A stretch of DNA of 42,274 nucleotides from Octopus sinensis (Eukaryota): assembly GCF_006345805.1 (NCBI RefSeq), contig NW_021835251.1:1-42274 (forward strand), given 5' to 3'. The notes beneath the pieces were generated by a model. It had not been told where the DNA came from. It saw only the letters and a program-made list of their open reading frames with translations, and did not search any database. Of this stretch, positions 10,925 through 23,496 are shown piece by piece; positions within the stretch are counted from its first letter, which is position 1, and each line of letters begins with the position of its first letter. The position numbers were made by a program, and so were the translations under genes.

Positions 10925-11525
10925 TCTCTTTGCCCATCACTATACCTTGATGGATCGTGAGAGCAGAGTTCTCATACACCTCTTCCATAAATCCCTGTGA
11001 GAAGCAACCGTTATTACACTTTCAGGTTGGATCCCCAATAATTAAAATTGAATTAAAATTTTAGTTATTATCCAACCATCTCATACTTGGTCTACGTCTT
11101 AGGTCTTCTGGCAGTTGGCTCAGCTTGGGCAATCCGTCTTACGATTCTTTCCTGCGACATTCTAATCACATGTTCGTAGTATCAGAGATGTGATCTCTCA
11201 ATGCAGAGAAGTAGAGGCTCAACCTGGAGACACTCTGATCTTCAAGCAACGCACACTATCGAATAACGTTACTTCAGAAATCCTTCGGATGAACGTTATT
11301 TAGGTCGCTTGTATTCGCGATCGTACTTTTTCTGCTATTACCCAATATTCATCACCACGGGTAAGGATAGGAACCAAAACAAAAATGGAAAATAACAAGC
11401 TTGGCTTTTTTTTTTTTACCTAACCTTTCCTCTTCTGGGAATCGAATGCCAGAGCTGGAGCATTACTTTGGCAGCACCAGCGCTTCCTGCATCCAATTCA
11501 GCATCCTGCTTCCCATGATTTATCA
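10925..11525 (-). mobile_element. RTE-type LINE 3' remnant (C-terminal RT region)
   Basis: Broken minus-strand translation: GKQDAELD..AAKVM..VLVPILTRGDEYWVIAEKVRSRIQA..FIRRISEVTLFDSVR..HVIRMSQERIVRRIAQAEPTARRP..RPSMRWLDN..LGIQPESVITVASHRDLWKR. Confidence 0.8.
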
Positions 11526-12319
11526 AGTTTAGTAAACAAAGAGTTTAATTACTGTAGTTACAAGTTTGTCGTGAACTAGAATCGAAACAACATTTCATGG
11601 TGCCAAAAGGATCTAGGAACGAAATTCCTGATGTCAAATAAGTCAGCGTCGAAATCAGCGGCGTCAAATAATCAGGTCCAAAACGGCTGTGCCAAAACGT
11701 CTCATGCCATATCTGGTTCCTGTAAACATAACGGTGTTCTTAATCTCGCTATTCGAATTGAATGACCCGATCGCTACAAACACGTCCTACATTTATTGGT
11801 GCCGATCTTCATTCAGTTTCTTTTTTTTTTATTAACCGATGTTTCTAACACACTCCTCTTCTTATCTGTTTAATGGTAGGTAATTATGAACAGGGATTAA
11901 TTGCTGTACTTGTTCTGGAATACGCATTCTGTATTCTTCGGTTACGAATATGACACCTTTTGACGGCGATAACGACAAACAAAACGACGTCGACGATGGC
12001 AGCAATAATGTCGAGGGCCACAAGGAAACTGATGAGAATGTTGTCGACGATGATGATGATGATTATATTTGTGGTGGTGGTATAGTAGTGGCGGTTTGTT
12101 GTTTATTGTTACTGTCACGCTTAGTGTCAGTCATATACAAGAAATGCGCATAGTGAAAGGCGTTTCAGTTGTAACCGTCTCGTTTTACGTTTTTAGACGC
12201 AGTATATTGTGTGAATACACTTTTCAGCATGTAAGATATTGGATCTGAACAAGAATTTGGATGCTATTTCAAGCAAGTGAGGGAAAACCACATGGAAACT
12301 CCGAAAATTATGATTATGC

Positions 12320-12612
12320 CGATGATGATGATGAGGAGGACGAGGATGATAATGATGATGATGAGGATGATAATGAGGATGATGGTGGTGGTGGTGGTGA
12401 TGGTAGTGGTAGTGTTGTTGGTGGTGGTGTTGGCAGTGGTGGTGGTGTTGGCGGTGGTGCTGATGTTGTTGGTGGTGTTGGTGGTGTTGGTGATCATGAC
12501 GAAGACTTCAACGCCAACGACGACGACGATGGTGAAGAGGATGATGTTGATAATGATGATGATGATGATGATGTTGATAATGATGATGACGACAAAGATG
12601 ACGATGATGATA
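12320..12612. repeat. (GAT)n/(GGT)n compound microsatellite
   Basis: Directly visible; source of ORFs 12261, 12264 and 12277. Confidence 0.95.
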
Positions 12613-13374
12613 GCAATGGGGTCACACAACAATCCACAATTCCATCGCGTCTCACTGAAAATAATGGTACTCACTCTATTCATGCAATCATTTATGTATA
12701 GTTCCTGCAAAGCTGTGCCTGTTTTATTTTCCCCTTTTGTTTATCTGCTTTCTATTTGTTATTTTATTCTATTTATCACATTTTTTTTGGCTTCAACTCT
12801 ACGTCATTGCCTGAAATCAGATCTTCTGCAAGTGACGTTTTTTTTTTTTGTATATAATACATATTCTAGGTGTTGGCTGCCCACAAGCTTGTTCTGTGTG
12901 GTTATTGTTTATTAAAAGCCGCTACACAATTAAGTGTTAAACACGTTGACATATTAAGTATTGCACACAGTTTGACAGAACACAGTTTAGCTTCTTCTTC
13001 TTCCCTTAGAGAGTCAAATGTGTGCCAATGACACGGCTACATAAAGTTTGAAGCTATGCACCAGCACAGACTTGGTTTCCTACAAGAAACAAGTTAAGTA
13101 AAAACAAGATAAGAAAAAAATGAAACAGGAACAAGTTCTACGCAAGTACTACAACAACGACGACAACAAAAGATGAGTCATAATCTTTGGAATGGTTTAT
13201 TATTGTTGGTTTCTTCTTAAGTCAGTTCTTTATATTTTTCTTTGTGTATTTACCAATATATCTCTTTAACTGTCCATTTATTGTTTTAGAACGAACACAT
13301 AATGGAAATGCTCATGTAAGACGTACATTATGACCTAAACTTTATTTCGGGGTATATTGACATTGTATGATTTA

Positions 13375-13603
13375 TTGGGTGGGTGCATAATCATTGCGGC
13401 TTGTTTTCCACAAATTTTATTCAACAAAAACAATAACAACATGAAACAAAAACATATTTGGATTATCATTCCGGAGCATATTCACCATCTACTTCAATTG
13501 CTGCTTCCCATTTGCTTGGCAGATGGTCAGATCGTCATTTAAAGATGTTTTTGTTGAATAAAATTTGTTTAAATCAAGCCGCAATAATTATGCACCAACC
13601 CAA
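13375..13603 (-). mobile_element. Mariner-derived MITE (Hsmar1/MADE1-like TIR) retaining the transposase C-terminus
   Basis: TA TSD; imperfect TIR of about 60 bp starting TTGGGT(G/T)GGTGCATAAT. The internal minus strand reads RSDHLPSKWEAAIEVDGEYAPE* (stop 13466-68). Confidence 0.85.
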
Positions 13604-14313
13604 TACTAGGAAATAACTCTGAGCAATAAATAGGTTCGTCTTTTAGAATTTCGCTATGAATGATGTTTCAGTGATTCCTAAAAGCAAAGTTGATATTGTT
13701 GCTTTGCCCAATGTCAAATCTGATGGAGCATGGCCGTCTGTTCTTTTTCGTCAATGGCTCCCAAATTTTCCAATTCTTGGAAATGTTTCATAAATTTTTG
13801 CATCTCTTATGATAAAAGGCAAATTTTCTCTGCCTCTCACATAGTTTGTTTTTAATACAATTGTACAATATAGAATTTCTTCAATTGGAATTTACCAATG
13901 ATTTTCCGAAGTAGATTCGATTGGGTCATGGCATATAAAGTTTTTTTCAATTTGACCCCCAATTAAGCAAAAATTCGAGAAAACTAAATATTTTACGATT
14001 TGCCTCTCTAATTTCAACTGCTTCACTCCTTCTATTACCACACTTTCTCCTACTTTCTCTTTGCAAGTGTACCTTCAACCACTACTCAAAAAAAATACAC
14101 AGGAAACAGAAACAAATAAATACATAACGATTTACTCCTCACACTATTTCTTCAATTGGAATTTACCTAGGATTTTTCGAAGTACATTCCATTCTATATT
14201 TTATAAATTAAAATTGGTTTTTAATTTACTTTCTGTCGCTAAGTTTTGGTAGTATTAATTTGCGAGCGTACTTCAGTTGTCAATTGTTGAAAGAAAGAAA
14301 TTGTAAACTAAGA

Positions 14314-14385
<72 letters not shown>

Positions 14386-14505
14386 GAAGTGAAGGATAAA
14401 AATATGGCAAGAAGTGAACAGATGTACATATATACATACATACATCCATACATTCATGTGTGTGTGTGTGTGTGTGTATGTATATGTATTAATGTGTGTG
14501 TGTTA

Positions 14506-14897
14506 TCTCTCTATATATAAAGCTGATGTTGTCTGTGTGCGCCAGGTTTGGTAACCTTCAACTAACACTATCTCCTCCGAGACCCTGCGGCGCAAGTTGA
14601 CCAAAATTGAGAGTATGATAGAAGAAGGGTTGCTCTTCCTTCCGTAGAAGATAAAATTCAAATCGGACCACGTTAACACCAAAAATTATTTACATCAAAA
14701 AGGTGCTTTTTACTATGAAAATCCCTATTTTTTTACGATTTTTTCACTTCTGTGTCGCCACTTTTCGGTGTATTTCAACCAGAAAAATGTTCACTTGAAG
14801 AGAATAACAAGCTACATAATGCAAAATTTTTACTTTTCAAAAATTCCAATTCCAGCGGGTCGAAACAAACCCGAGCAACGCCGGGCGATACTGCTAG
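14506..14897 (+). mobile_element. Non-autonomous Helitron
   Basis: Termini A^TC...CTAG^T; hairpin CCCGAGCAACGCCGGG. The last 32 bp (including the flanking T) match the 6445 element at 31 positions. Confidence 0.8.
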
Positions 14898-15039
14898 TGC
14901 TTTATAAAAGTAATATATTAGATGAAAAATTCAATTGAACCATATGATTTTTTCCGCGATATATATATATATATATATACAAAATATATAGTCTTTATAC
15001 TATTATATGCTTCAGCCGTGAGGCTATGGCAATGCTGGC

Positions 15040-15070
<31 letters not shown>

Positions 15071-15223
15071 TGTATGTATGTATGTATGTATGTATGTGTA
15101 TGTATGTATGTATGTGTGTGTATGTATGTTTGTATGTATGTATGTATGTATGTATGTATGTGTGTATGTATGTATATATATATACACACACCCACACATA
15201 TATATATATATATATATATGTAC

Positions 15224-15254
<31 letters not shown>

Positions 15255-15330
15255 CAATATATTCTTTTATATGTTTCAACCCTAAGGTTGTGGTCATAGT
15301 GGGGTATGTATGCATGAGTGTATGTATATA

Positions 15331-15375
<45 letters not shown>
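15040..15375. repeat. (TATG)n/(TA)n/(TG)n compound microsatellite
   Basis: Directly visible. Confidence 0.95.
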
Positions 15376-16204
15376 CACACATGCACACATGGACATATGT
15401 ATATAATTGGATGTATGTATATAAAGTCTTACTCCAAACAGTTAAACAATTCAAAATGCTGAATATGATTACGACCTGGGCGTAGCCATTTCTATACAGA
15501 TGCATCTTACTCTAAACACATTGATAGACTCTGTCAAGTATATGCCAACAGTTCGGTCAGGGGAACTGATAACCAGCTGTAATATTAACTCTTTGGAAAT
15601 TTAATCTTGGAAGAAAGCTAGGCGAGTGTTCCCAACTCCGGTCTCCTAATTGCTTAGATCTTACCTGCCGGTTGGAAAGATATGGATCTTATTTCGATCC
15701 AGGTAGAAACAGCAGCCAAATTTCGTTCAATATACAACTCAAAAAGAGAAGAACATATCCTTAGAAGCAGGGCCGGCTCGGAGGAAGGAAGGAAGGAAAG
15801 AAGGAAGGAAGGAACAAAGGACGGAAGGACGAAGTGGTAACAGGTGCTGCTGAGGCAATTTTGACCGTGTAAACCTACTCGATCAGATATGATCTAGGGC
15901 CAAACATAATCGTGACGATGATGATGATGATGATGATCGTCGTCGACATCATCATCATCAGCAGCAGCAGCATCAGCAGCAGCATCAACAACAACAACTA
16001 CAACGTATGCGACAAGTAAGACATCTCGGAGAGCTGAGCAGCTTTTATTGGCCCTACACTCATATCTCTTATACGTCTGGGGCTCTAGCTTGAGGTCATG
16101 CTATATATATATATATATATACATATATACATGAATAAACATGGATATATGTGTGCGTATGTACACATACCTATACACATGTATAATATATATACGTATA
16201 TATA

Positions 16205-16594
16205 TCTCTCTCGATATATATTATATAAAATCCGTTCTGTCTGTCTGTGTGTCTCAGGCATCCTCCATCCGATTGCGAGCAAATTTGATATGTAGATACC
16301 GACGGTATCAGGGCGTGTATAAGTCTTGAAAAAAATTACAAAAATCGATTCCAGGAGAGAATGCGATCGATAAAGCCGTGGGAACGTGCATTTGTACGCG
16401 CAAATACATCAACTGTTGTGATCGATACTACGTGTATGCCAGAAAAATGCACGTGCGGTTTGCGCAAAAAATGCCGGCTGGCTTGAAATAATGCCACAAA
16501 ATGGGACGGTCGGACAAGTTGTTTGGAGAAAATTTGGTTAAATGTTTGACAACTCACCACCGTCCATTGGACGGGGGGAGGGGGCGTTTTGCTC

Positions 16595-16595
<1 letters not shown>
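16205..16595 (+). mobile_element. Probable non-autonomous Helitron-like element
   Basis: 5' TC with TATATAAAA..(GTCT)n similar to the other two Helitrons; subterminal hairpin CCGTCCA-T-TGGACGG; ends CTCG^T rather than CTAG. Confidence 0.5.
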
Positions 16596-16626
<31 letters not shown>

Positions 16627-16629
<3 letters not shown>

Positions 16630-16916
16630 CGTGATCACCGTGACCGACCAGGGTATCAGATGTTGATACACATCGCTGGTCACAATGCGTTCGCATTGTT
16701 TTAGCCTTCGAATGACGCCACCCCGCTGGCTAAGCGAGCAGGCCAACAGAAGAAAGAGTGAAAGAGTACAGCAGGGATCACCACCCCCTGCCGGAGCCTC
16801 GTGGAGCTTTTAGGTATTTTCGCTCAATAAACACACACAACGCTCGGTCTGTGAATCGAAACCGCAATCCTACGACCGCGAGTCCGCTGCCCTAACCACT
16901 GCACTATTGCGCTTCC
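16627..16916 (-). mobile_element. tRNA-derived SINE family C, tail type 1
   Basis: Head GGAAGCGCAATAGTGCAGTGGTTAGGGCAGCGGACTCGCGGTCG...GTTTCGATTC, shared with 23497. Confidence 0.85.
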
Positions 16917-16971
<55 letters not shown>

Positions 16972-17619
16972 GCATATACGTGTGTGTGTATGTTGTGGTG
17001 TATATATATATATATAATATATATATACATATACATATATATGCATATACACACATCTATCTATGTATACATATATATACATATATATGCACACATGCAA
17101 GCATACGTGCACAAAATTCAGATATTATATATATACACACATATATATATCGATATCATACACCAAGAAATACTCTGTAGAATATTGTTACCATCGCCAT
17201 CTCAAGTGAGATATGTTTGTTTGCTATAAACCATCGCAAACCTTCCAGTTTGCGCTGTAAATAATGATTACAATGTCTCGGATATTTAATAGCAATATCA
17301 GATATCAATTAAATTTTGCTTTTGCAAGCTGAAATAAACATTTAATTTTATAGTGATGAAAAGTTCTATTATCACCAGTTGAAATCCGCTTGATAATTCA
17401 TGATTTCTGCAGAAAGTATCACACTGATAGTATTTAATTTTCCTATTCTCTGAAAATGAGACGAAACTCTCTTGTTTAAAATCACAATTTGCGTAATTAA
17501 AATTTCAATGTATGTACGTATGAATGTACATATATGAATGTATGTACGCACATATGTGTTTATGTACGTATGTATGTCTGTAGGTAGGTATGTATGTTCT
17601 TTCCTTTCTATTTTTAATT

Positions 17620-18100
17620 TAATCTAAATTTTGACTGGCCACCTACTTAGCAGCGTAGTTATGAAGGAAATAACCTTGTTTTCTTCATCTTCCTTTAAAA
17701 TCTTAAGAAGGTCTTGCAGATTCTTATTTTTCTAAATATTTATTCATTTGAAGGGCATGATTAAGGATTTGAGTTTTTCTCCTTAAGAATAAGAAGCTCA
17801 GCCATACTTTGCTTCAGACAGGTTAGTTTGTATCCTGTTGCCCCATTAATAATCGGTATAGAACTAAAAATGCATCTTGTGTTATGGATTTGCAAACTCC
17901 TTATTAATGGTGCATAGATATCCTCTTTTGTATTTTTCTAACCACGTTCGCGTGCAGAGAGCAGCTGATTTTCATAACAGAACACATCTTTTCTTTGTGG
18001 TTCCACACAGCAATATCGCAATATCGCACCGGTTGTGTTTTAACCTTGTGGCTGTTTAAATCTTTAAATTCCACCAATATTCTTTTGGCTCATGGGTCTC
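17620..18100 (-). mobile_element. 3' remnant of a second, distinct REL-endonuclease non-LTR retrotransposon
   Basis: Broken translation THEPKEYWWNLKI*TATRLKHNR.DIAVWNHKEKMCSVMKISCSLHANVVRKIQ/EDIYAPLIRSLQI..FSSIPIINGATGY..IRICKTFLRF* (stop 17695-97). Confidence 0.75.
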
Positions 18101-18694
18101 AATATATGTGTACGAGGTTTGTGTGTGCGTGCGTACATGCACACGCGTGTGTGAAAGCGTTGCATACATGTATGCGCGCGTGCTTGTGTGTGTGTGTGTG
18201 TGTGGTGTGTGTGCGCGTGTGCGGAAGAATTAAGATTACACTCTCATACCTGCACTAATCCTTCTTGTGTGGATTTGTAAAGACGTTATATTAATTATTG
18301 TGGGTAAAACTCAAATCAATACCTGTTTCTGGAATATAGCTCGGACTACAACTTTATTACCGAGTGCATAGATTAATATAGATGTGAAATGCCTTGGTTT
18401 ATAACGTATTGTTCTATGAAAGCAAGAATTCCCGAATTCAAATTTACCAATTTACACAACTGATAGAAGTGAGATTGAGTTTTATTCCAGAATTACATTT
18501 GGAATTTTCAGTTGAACTGTATAAGTATAGCAGGGATTGTGCTCAACACGAGGAATATATGAATTTGAGTAACATACACCATTAATAATGCCGAAATCAA
18601 ACAATCAAGCTGTAATCTAGACGAAAGTAAACATTTTGAGAGGTTAAGTTAGGAGGTTGAACGATATTACAGATGTATATATATATAAAAATGC

Positions 18695-18907
18695 AACAGG
18701 ATATCAAGTAGTGAAGCAGTACGACCGTTTCAAGCGAATCCATTTTATTGAACAATTCAATCATTACATAAATTTAAATGCAGCTCCACTGCAGCACCAC
18801 AATTTAAATGCGGTGGCATTGCATTTAAATTGATGTAATTATTGCATTGTTCAATTAAATATAGCTGCTTGAAACGGTCGTATTGCATCACTTCTTGATA
18901 TCCTGTT
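18695..18907. repeat. Diverged inverted repeat, about 90-bp arms and 35-bp spacer
   Basis: AACAGGATATCAAG(T/A)AGTGA(A/T)GCA(G/A)TACGACCGTTTCAAGC...AATTTAAATGCA is present in inverted orientation at both ends. Confidence 0.9.
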
Positions 18908-18994
18908 CTTTATTTTGATTTTATTCACCTTACTTTGGGCTGTGCGGATAATACCTTAAGAACCTAATTCAACTGAATCGCATTTGCATATATA

Positions 18995-19030
<36 letters not shown>

Positions 19031-19054
19031 TGTATGTATGTATGTATGTATATA

Positions 19055-19256
19055 CAATAAGAGGCTTCCAAATAGGAAATCGTTGTGCTAGAGAGAGCAG
19101 TAGAAATCTCAAAAACCACAAAAAGGAGATGGTAAAGTTGAGATGGTAAACATTTCTATTTTTCATTCCTTTCGAGAATTTATCCTTTTTTGTGGTTTTT
19201 GAGATTTCTACTGCTCTTTCTAGCACAACGCTTTCCTATTTGGAAGCCTCTTATTG
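19055..19256. mobile_element. Tc1/mariner-type MITE with about 75-bp TIRs
   Basis: TA|CAATAAGAGGCTTCCAAATAGGAAA...TTTCCTATTTGGAAGCCTCTTATTG|TA. The arms differ at 2 bases plus one homopolymer indel. Confidence 0.85.
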
Positions 19257-19417
19257 TATTTCTATATGAATAATATATAGTCTAATGACTAATTGGTTTT
19301 TTGTGCTAGGCCACTGGTAATAATAATTTATTATTACCCTATACATTATGTTTAAATATATATGTATATATACATATATACATTTATATGTATATATGTG
19401 TGTATATATATATGTGT

Positions 19418-19463
<46 letters not shown>

Positions 19464-19811
19464 CAGGCAGACAGGTAGATAGATAGATACACAGAGATAG
19501 ACAGATAAAGAGATAGATAGACAAACAGACGGACAAGTAGATAGATAGGTAGATCAGTCAGTCAATTATAGAGTTGAAGTATACAGTAGAGGTACAATTA
19601 GAAACTTAGCCACACTTAAGAGTTCATATGATTGATGAGCTAATAACACCCGAAGGATAAAGTAAGGGGTTTAGCTGTACCTTAAAGATAAAATGCTGGC
19701 TGACAGTTGAAAGAGATAGAATGTAGGATAGAATTTGGAATCTATAAACGAAGCAGAAAGAGGAATCTTAAATTAGGCGTCAGCACCCGGAGAAATATCT
19801 AGCGGGAAGCA

Positions 19812-20027
19812 TTAATAATTGCTTCAAATTTTGGCACAACACCAGCAATTTTGAGCGGGGTTGGGTGGTAAATCGATTACATTGACCCCAGCTGATATTT
19901 ATTTTATCGACCTCGAAAGGAGGAAATGCAAAATCGACGTCGGCGGAAACACAGAGCGTAAACCCAGAGGAAATTCTGCTAATTATTTTGTCCGACGTGC
20001 GAAGAATTCTGCCAATTCGCCGCCTTA
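19812..20027 (-). mobile_element. SINE family A, diverged full length
   Basis: TTTATCGACCTCGAAAGGAGGAAATGCAAAATCGACGTCGGCGGAA...GCCAATTCGCCGCC. Confidence 0.75.
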
Positions 20028-21525
20028 TTTGGAAGTATTAATTTTCTTGTCTCTACGTCGGGAATCCGAAAAGGCTGAGTGGAAGAAAAGGTGAGGCTTG
20101 CAATAAGGTCGAAAATCCGGCTGCAAAAACATATAATTGTACCTCGACGCTATTGACGCAACGATCGCTCACCCAAACTCGGACCAGAGAGTTTTTAGTA
20201 ACACACCATCGTAAGCACAGACGCTCAATCAATAACTCTGGTGTTATTTCTATACCGTTTTCGAGGTGTTATGGCTCATTTTCTAATATTCCTCGTTACC
20301 ATCGTAACGGCAATGGGCTATTATCTTAATATCTTACCTTACATACCTCTTGAAGATACTTACCTTGGTATATCAAAACACAAACAATACCTTTGGTGGG
20401 GTCTCTGTATGTTTTTTCTAGGTATTATGGCTAAAATATGCAATGCGATACACCATTTCGTAGTACTGGTGTATTCTAAAAAATGAGAAAGACGCAGTCA
20501 TTGTTTCATCATTCAGATGCATATGTGGAACGATTAGAGGTGATCTTCACGGTCATTTTAAGACCAAAACCTGCTTCCTAACTTCGTTCCTTGCCGAGAT
20601 AACGCATTCTGAACAGCGTTTTTCTCAGTTTTTTTAGTTGAGGCTTACGACAGTCTGTTACAAAAAAAAGTTTATAGGAAGTGCTGTGAGCATTGCTGAA
20701 GTAGAAACGACAGTGGCGATGATGGTGGTGGTGATGGTAAATGTGATAGTGGTGGTGGTGGTGAATGTGTTAGTTGTGGTGGTGGTCGTGGTGGTGACAC
20801 CGACGGTGATGTTGGTAGTGCTACTGGTGACGACGATGGTGGTGATGGTACCAGTGGTAGTGAGGGAGTGTGGTGGTGGTGGTCGTGGTGGTGTCAATTA
20901 CAATACAGTGGGCGGAACATTGATATGAATTTAAATATTTACTGAGGAGTGTAATGCTGGATTGCTATATCGTACTGATGTCATACTTCAGCTCCGTAAC
21001 AGTCCTTATTGAACTATATGATAGACATATAACAAAAAAGAAAATGGTTCCAGTCTTGACCATCCCATCTAACAAGAACTTCATTATTTCCAATGCATTC
21101 TCCTCATTTTTAAATAAAGCAATCTGTAACTTGAGAATAATTTAGCTACTATTTCTTGCAGGGCGATATGAGCGACCGTGTCAGGGTCTCTCTTTGACTC
21201 ACGATTTGGTTTATAAAACTGCAGGGGCGGATACAAGGGTACGATTACATGTAAAGAGGAAGGCGTGATCAGCAGGGGGTAGTGATGACGGGGCAGAACA
21301 TGTGTAAATATATGCAAGTTAATTTGCTGATTGACGCCAGTAACCCTGTTGGGGCTTCAAGCCTCAGGTTGGCCCCAGGGGAAACATACTTGCTTTTTTT
21401 TTTCTTCTGACCCTCTCCGTGTTAATAAGATGTAGAAACTGAAGTAACAATGATGAATGTATGTGTGCGTGTGTGCATGTATATATATATATATATATAT
21501 GTGTGGTGTGTGTGTGTATATATAC

Positions 21526-21577
<52 letters not shown>

Positions 21578-21729
21578 TATATATATAATATATAATATAT
21601 ATAATACGTATATATACATATACATATATATACTATACATATATATTTATGCATAACATACCTGTTGGGTATGTAATGTATGTGTATGTGTATACACCAC
21701 ACACACACACACATATATATAATATATAT

Positions 21730-21761
<32 letters not shown>

Positions 21762-21770
21762 ATAATATAC

Positions 21771-22321
21771 ACATATACATATACAGATACATGTTAATTT
21801 CTTCGTATATAAGCTGAGATATACTCAGTATGTCACATAGTATGATACTTATATGTATACACATATATACACACCCATGCACTCATATGTATTATGTATG
21901 TATGTATGATGCATGAGTATGTGAGCGTGGGTGTGCATCTGTCTTATATGTGCGTGTGCGTGCGTGTGCGTGCGTGCGTGTATTTGTGTGTTGCTTGTGT
22001 GTATACATGTCTGTATGCCGGCATGTAAATATATAGCCATATAAAACACTCATAAGATGAATATTTGAATTGCATTAGTACAAACATTTACAACAGTGTT
22101 TATACGCTCGCATACACACATACACGAACACATACACACACGCACGCACACACATACATCCCACTATACAAATACATTTACACACACACACATGGAAGTG
22201 CGTGTGTGTGTGCATGTAGGATTGATGGAGTGAACCAACAACTTGGAATGTATATTGTATATACGTATATACACGTGCACACTGAGACATGAGAAACACA
22301 CCCATACACATATATATACAT

Positions 22322-22377
<56 letters not shown>

Positions 22378-22955
22378 TAATATATTATAATATATATACA
22401 CATATACAATACAGATACATGTTAATTCCTTCGTATATAAGCTGAGATATACTCAGTATGTCACATAGTATGATACTTATATGTATACACATATATACAC
22501 ACCCATGCACTCATATGTATTATGTATGTATGTATGATGCATGAGTATGTGAGCGTGGTGTGCATCTGTCTTATATTGCGTGTGCGTGCGTGTGCGGGGC
22601 GTGCGTGTATTTGTGTGTTGCTTGTGTGTATACATGTCTGTATGCCGGCATGTAAATATATAGCCCATTAAACACTCATAAGATGAATATTTGAATTGCA
22701 TTAGTACAAACATTTACAACAGTGTTTATACGCTCGCATACACACATACACAAACACATACACACACGCACGCACACACAACATCCCACTATACAAATAC
22801 ATTTACACAACACACATGGAAGTGCGTGTGTGTGTGCATTAGGATTGATGGAGTGAACCAACAACTTGGAAATTATATTGTATATAACGTATATAACACG
22901 TGCACACTGAGACATGAGAAAACACCCATACACATATATATACATCACACACACA
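21771..22955 (+). repeat. Tandem direct duplication, period about 628 bp
   Basis: CAGATACATGTTAATT occurs at 21784 and 22412; the whole unit aligns, with mostly 1-bp indel differences. Confidence 0.95.
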
Positions 22956-23008
22956 CACCTATATATATGTATATGTATGTAAGTATATATATATATAGAT
23001 ATATATAT

Positions 23009-23040
<32 letters not shown>

Positions 23041-23496
23041 ATTTTCATAGAGAGAGAAAGAAAGGGAAACGTGCATTTATATATATATATAAATGTATAC
23101 ATATATACACATACATATATATGTGTATATACATATGTGCGTGTGAGAGTGCGAGTGTGTGTAGAAAATGTTAGAAATATCCCACACAAGTCGGGAGATA
23201 TGGGGGGAAATAATATAAGGAAGAAAATGCGCGCTTCCTTTTACATCGCAGTTAATTAATTCGAAAGTATATTATTTCAATCAAAATAATTTGATTGAAA
23301 TAATTTAATACATATTAAAAACAGATTTTCACAATCAGATTATATCAAAGTATGCTATTTGCATATTTAGATATCGTATCATATCCAATATATTATGCTA
23401 CAATTAAACCATTTCAAGAATACGTATCCCTGTGAACATTTTTGCATTCTAATCGCTTCGGAATACATTATTAAAGACACTAAAGTACATAAATGT

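Noticed and set aside
20356-20375. ATACTTACCTTGG resembling the U1 snRNA 5' end
   Set aside because: The downstream sequence does not match U1; it is only the reverse complement of a splice-donor-like motif.
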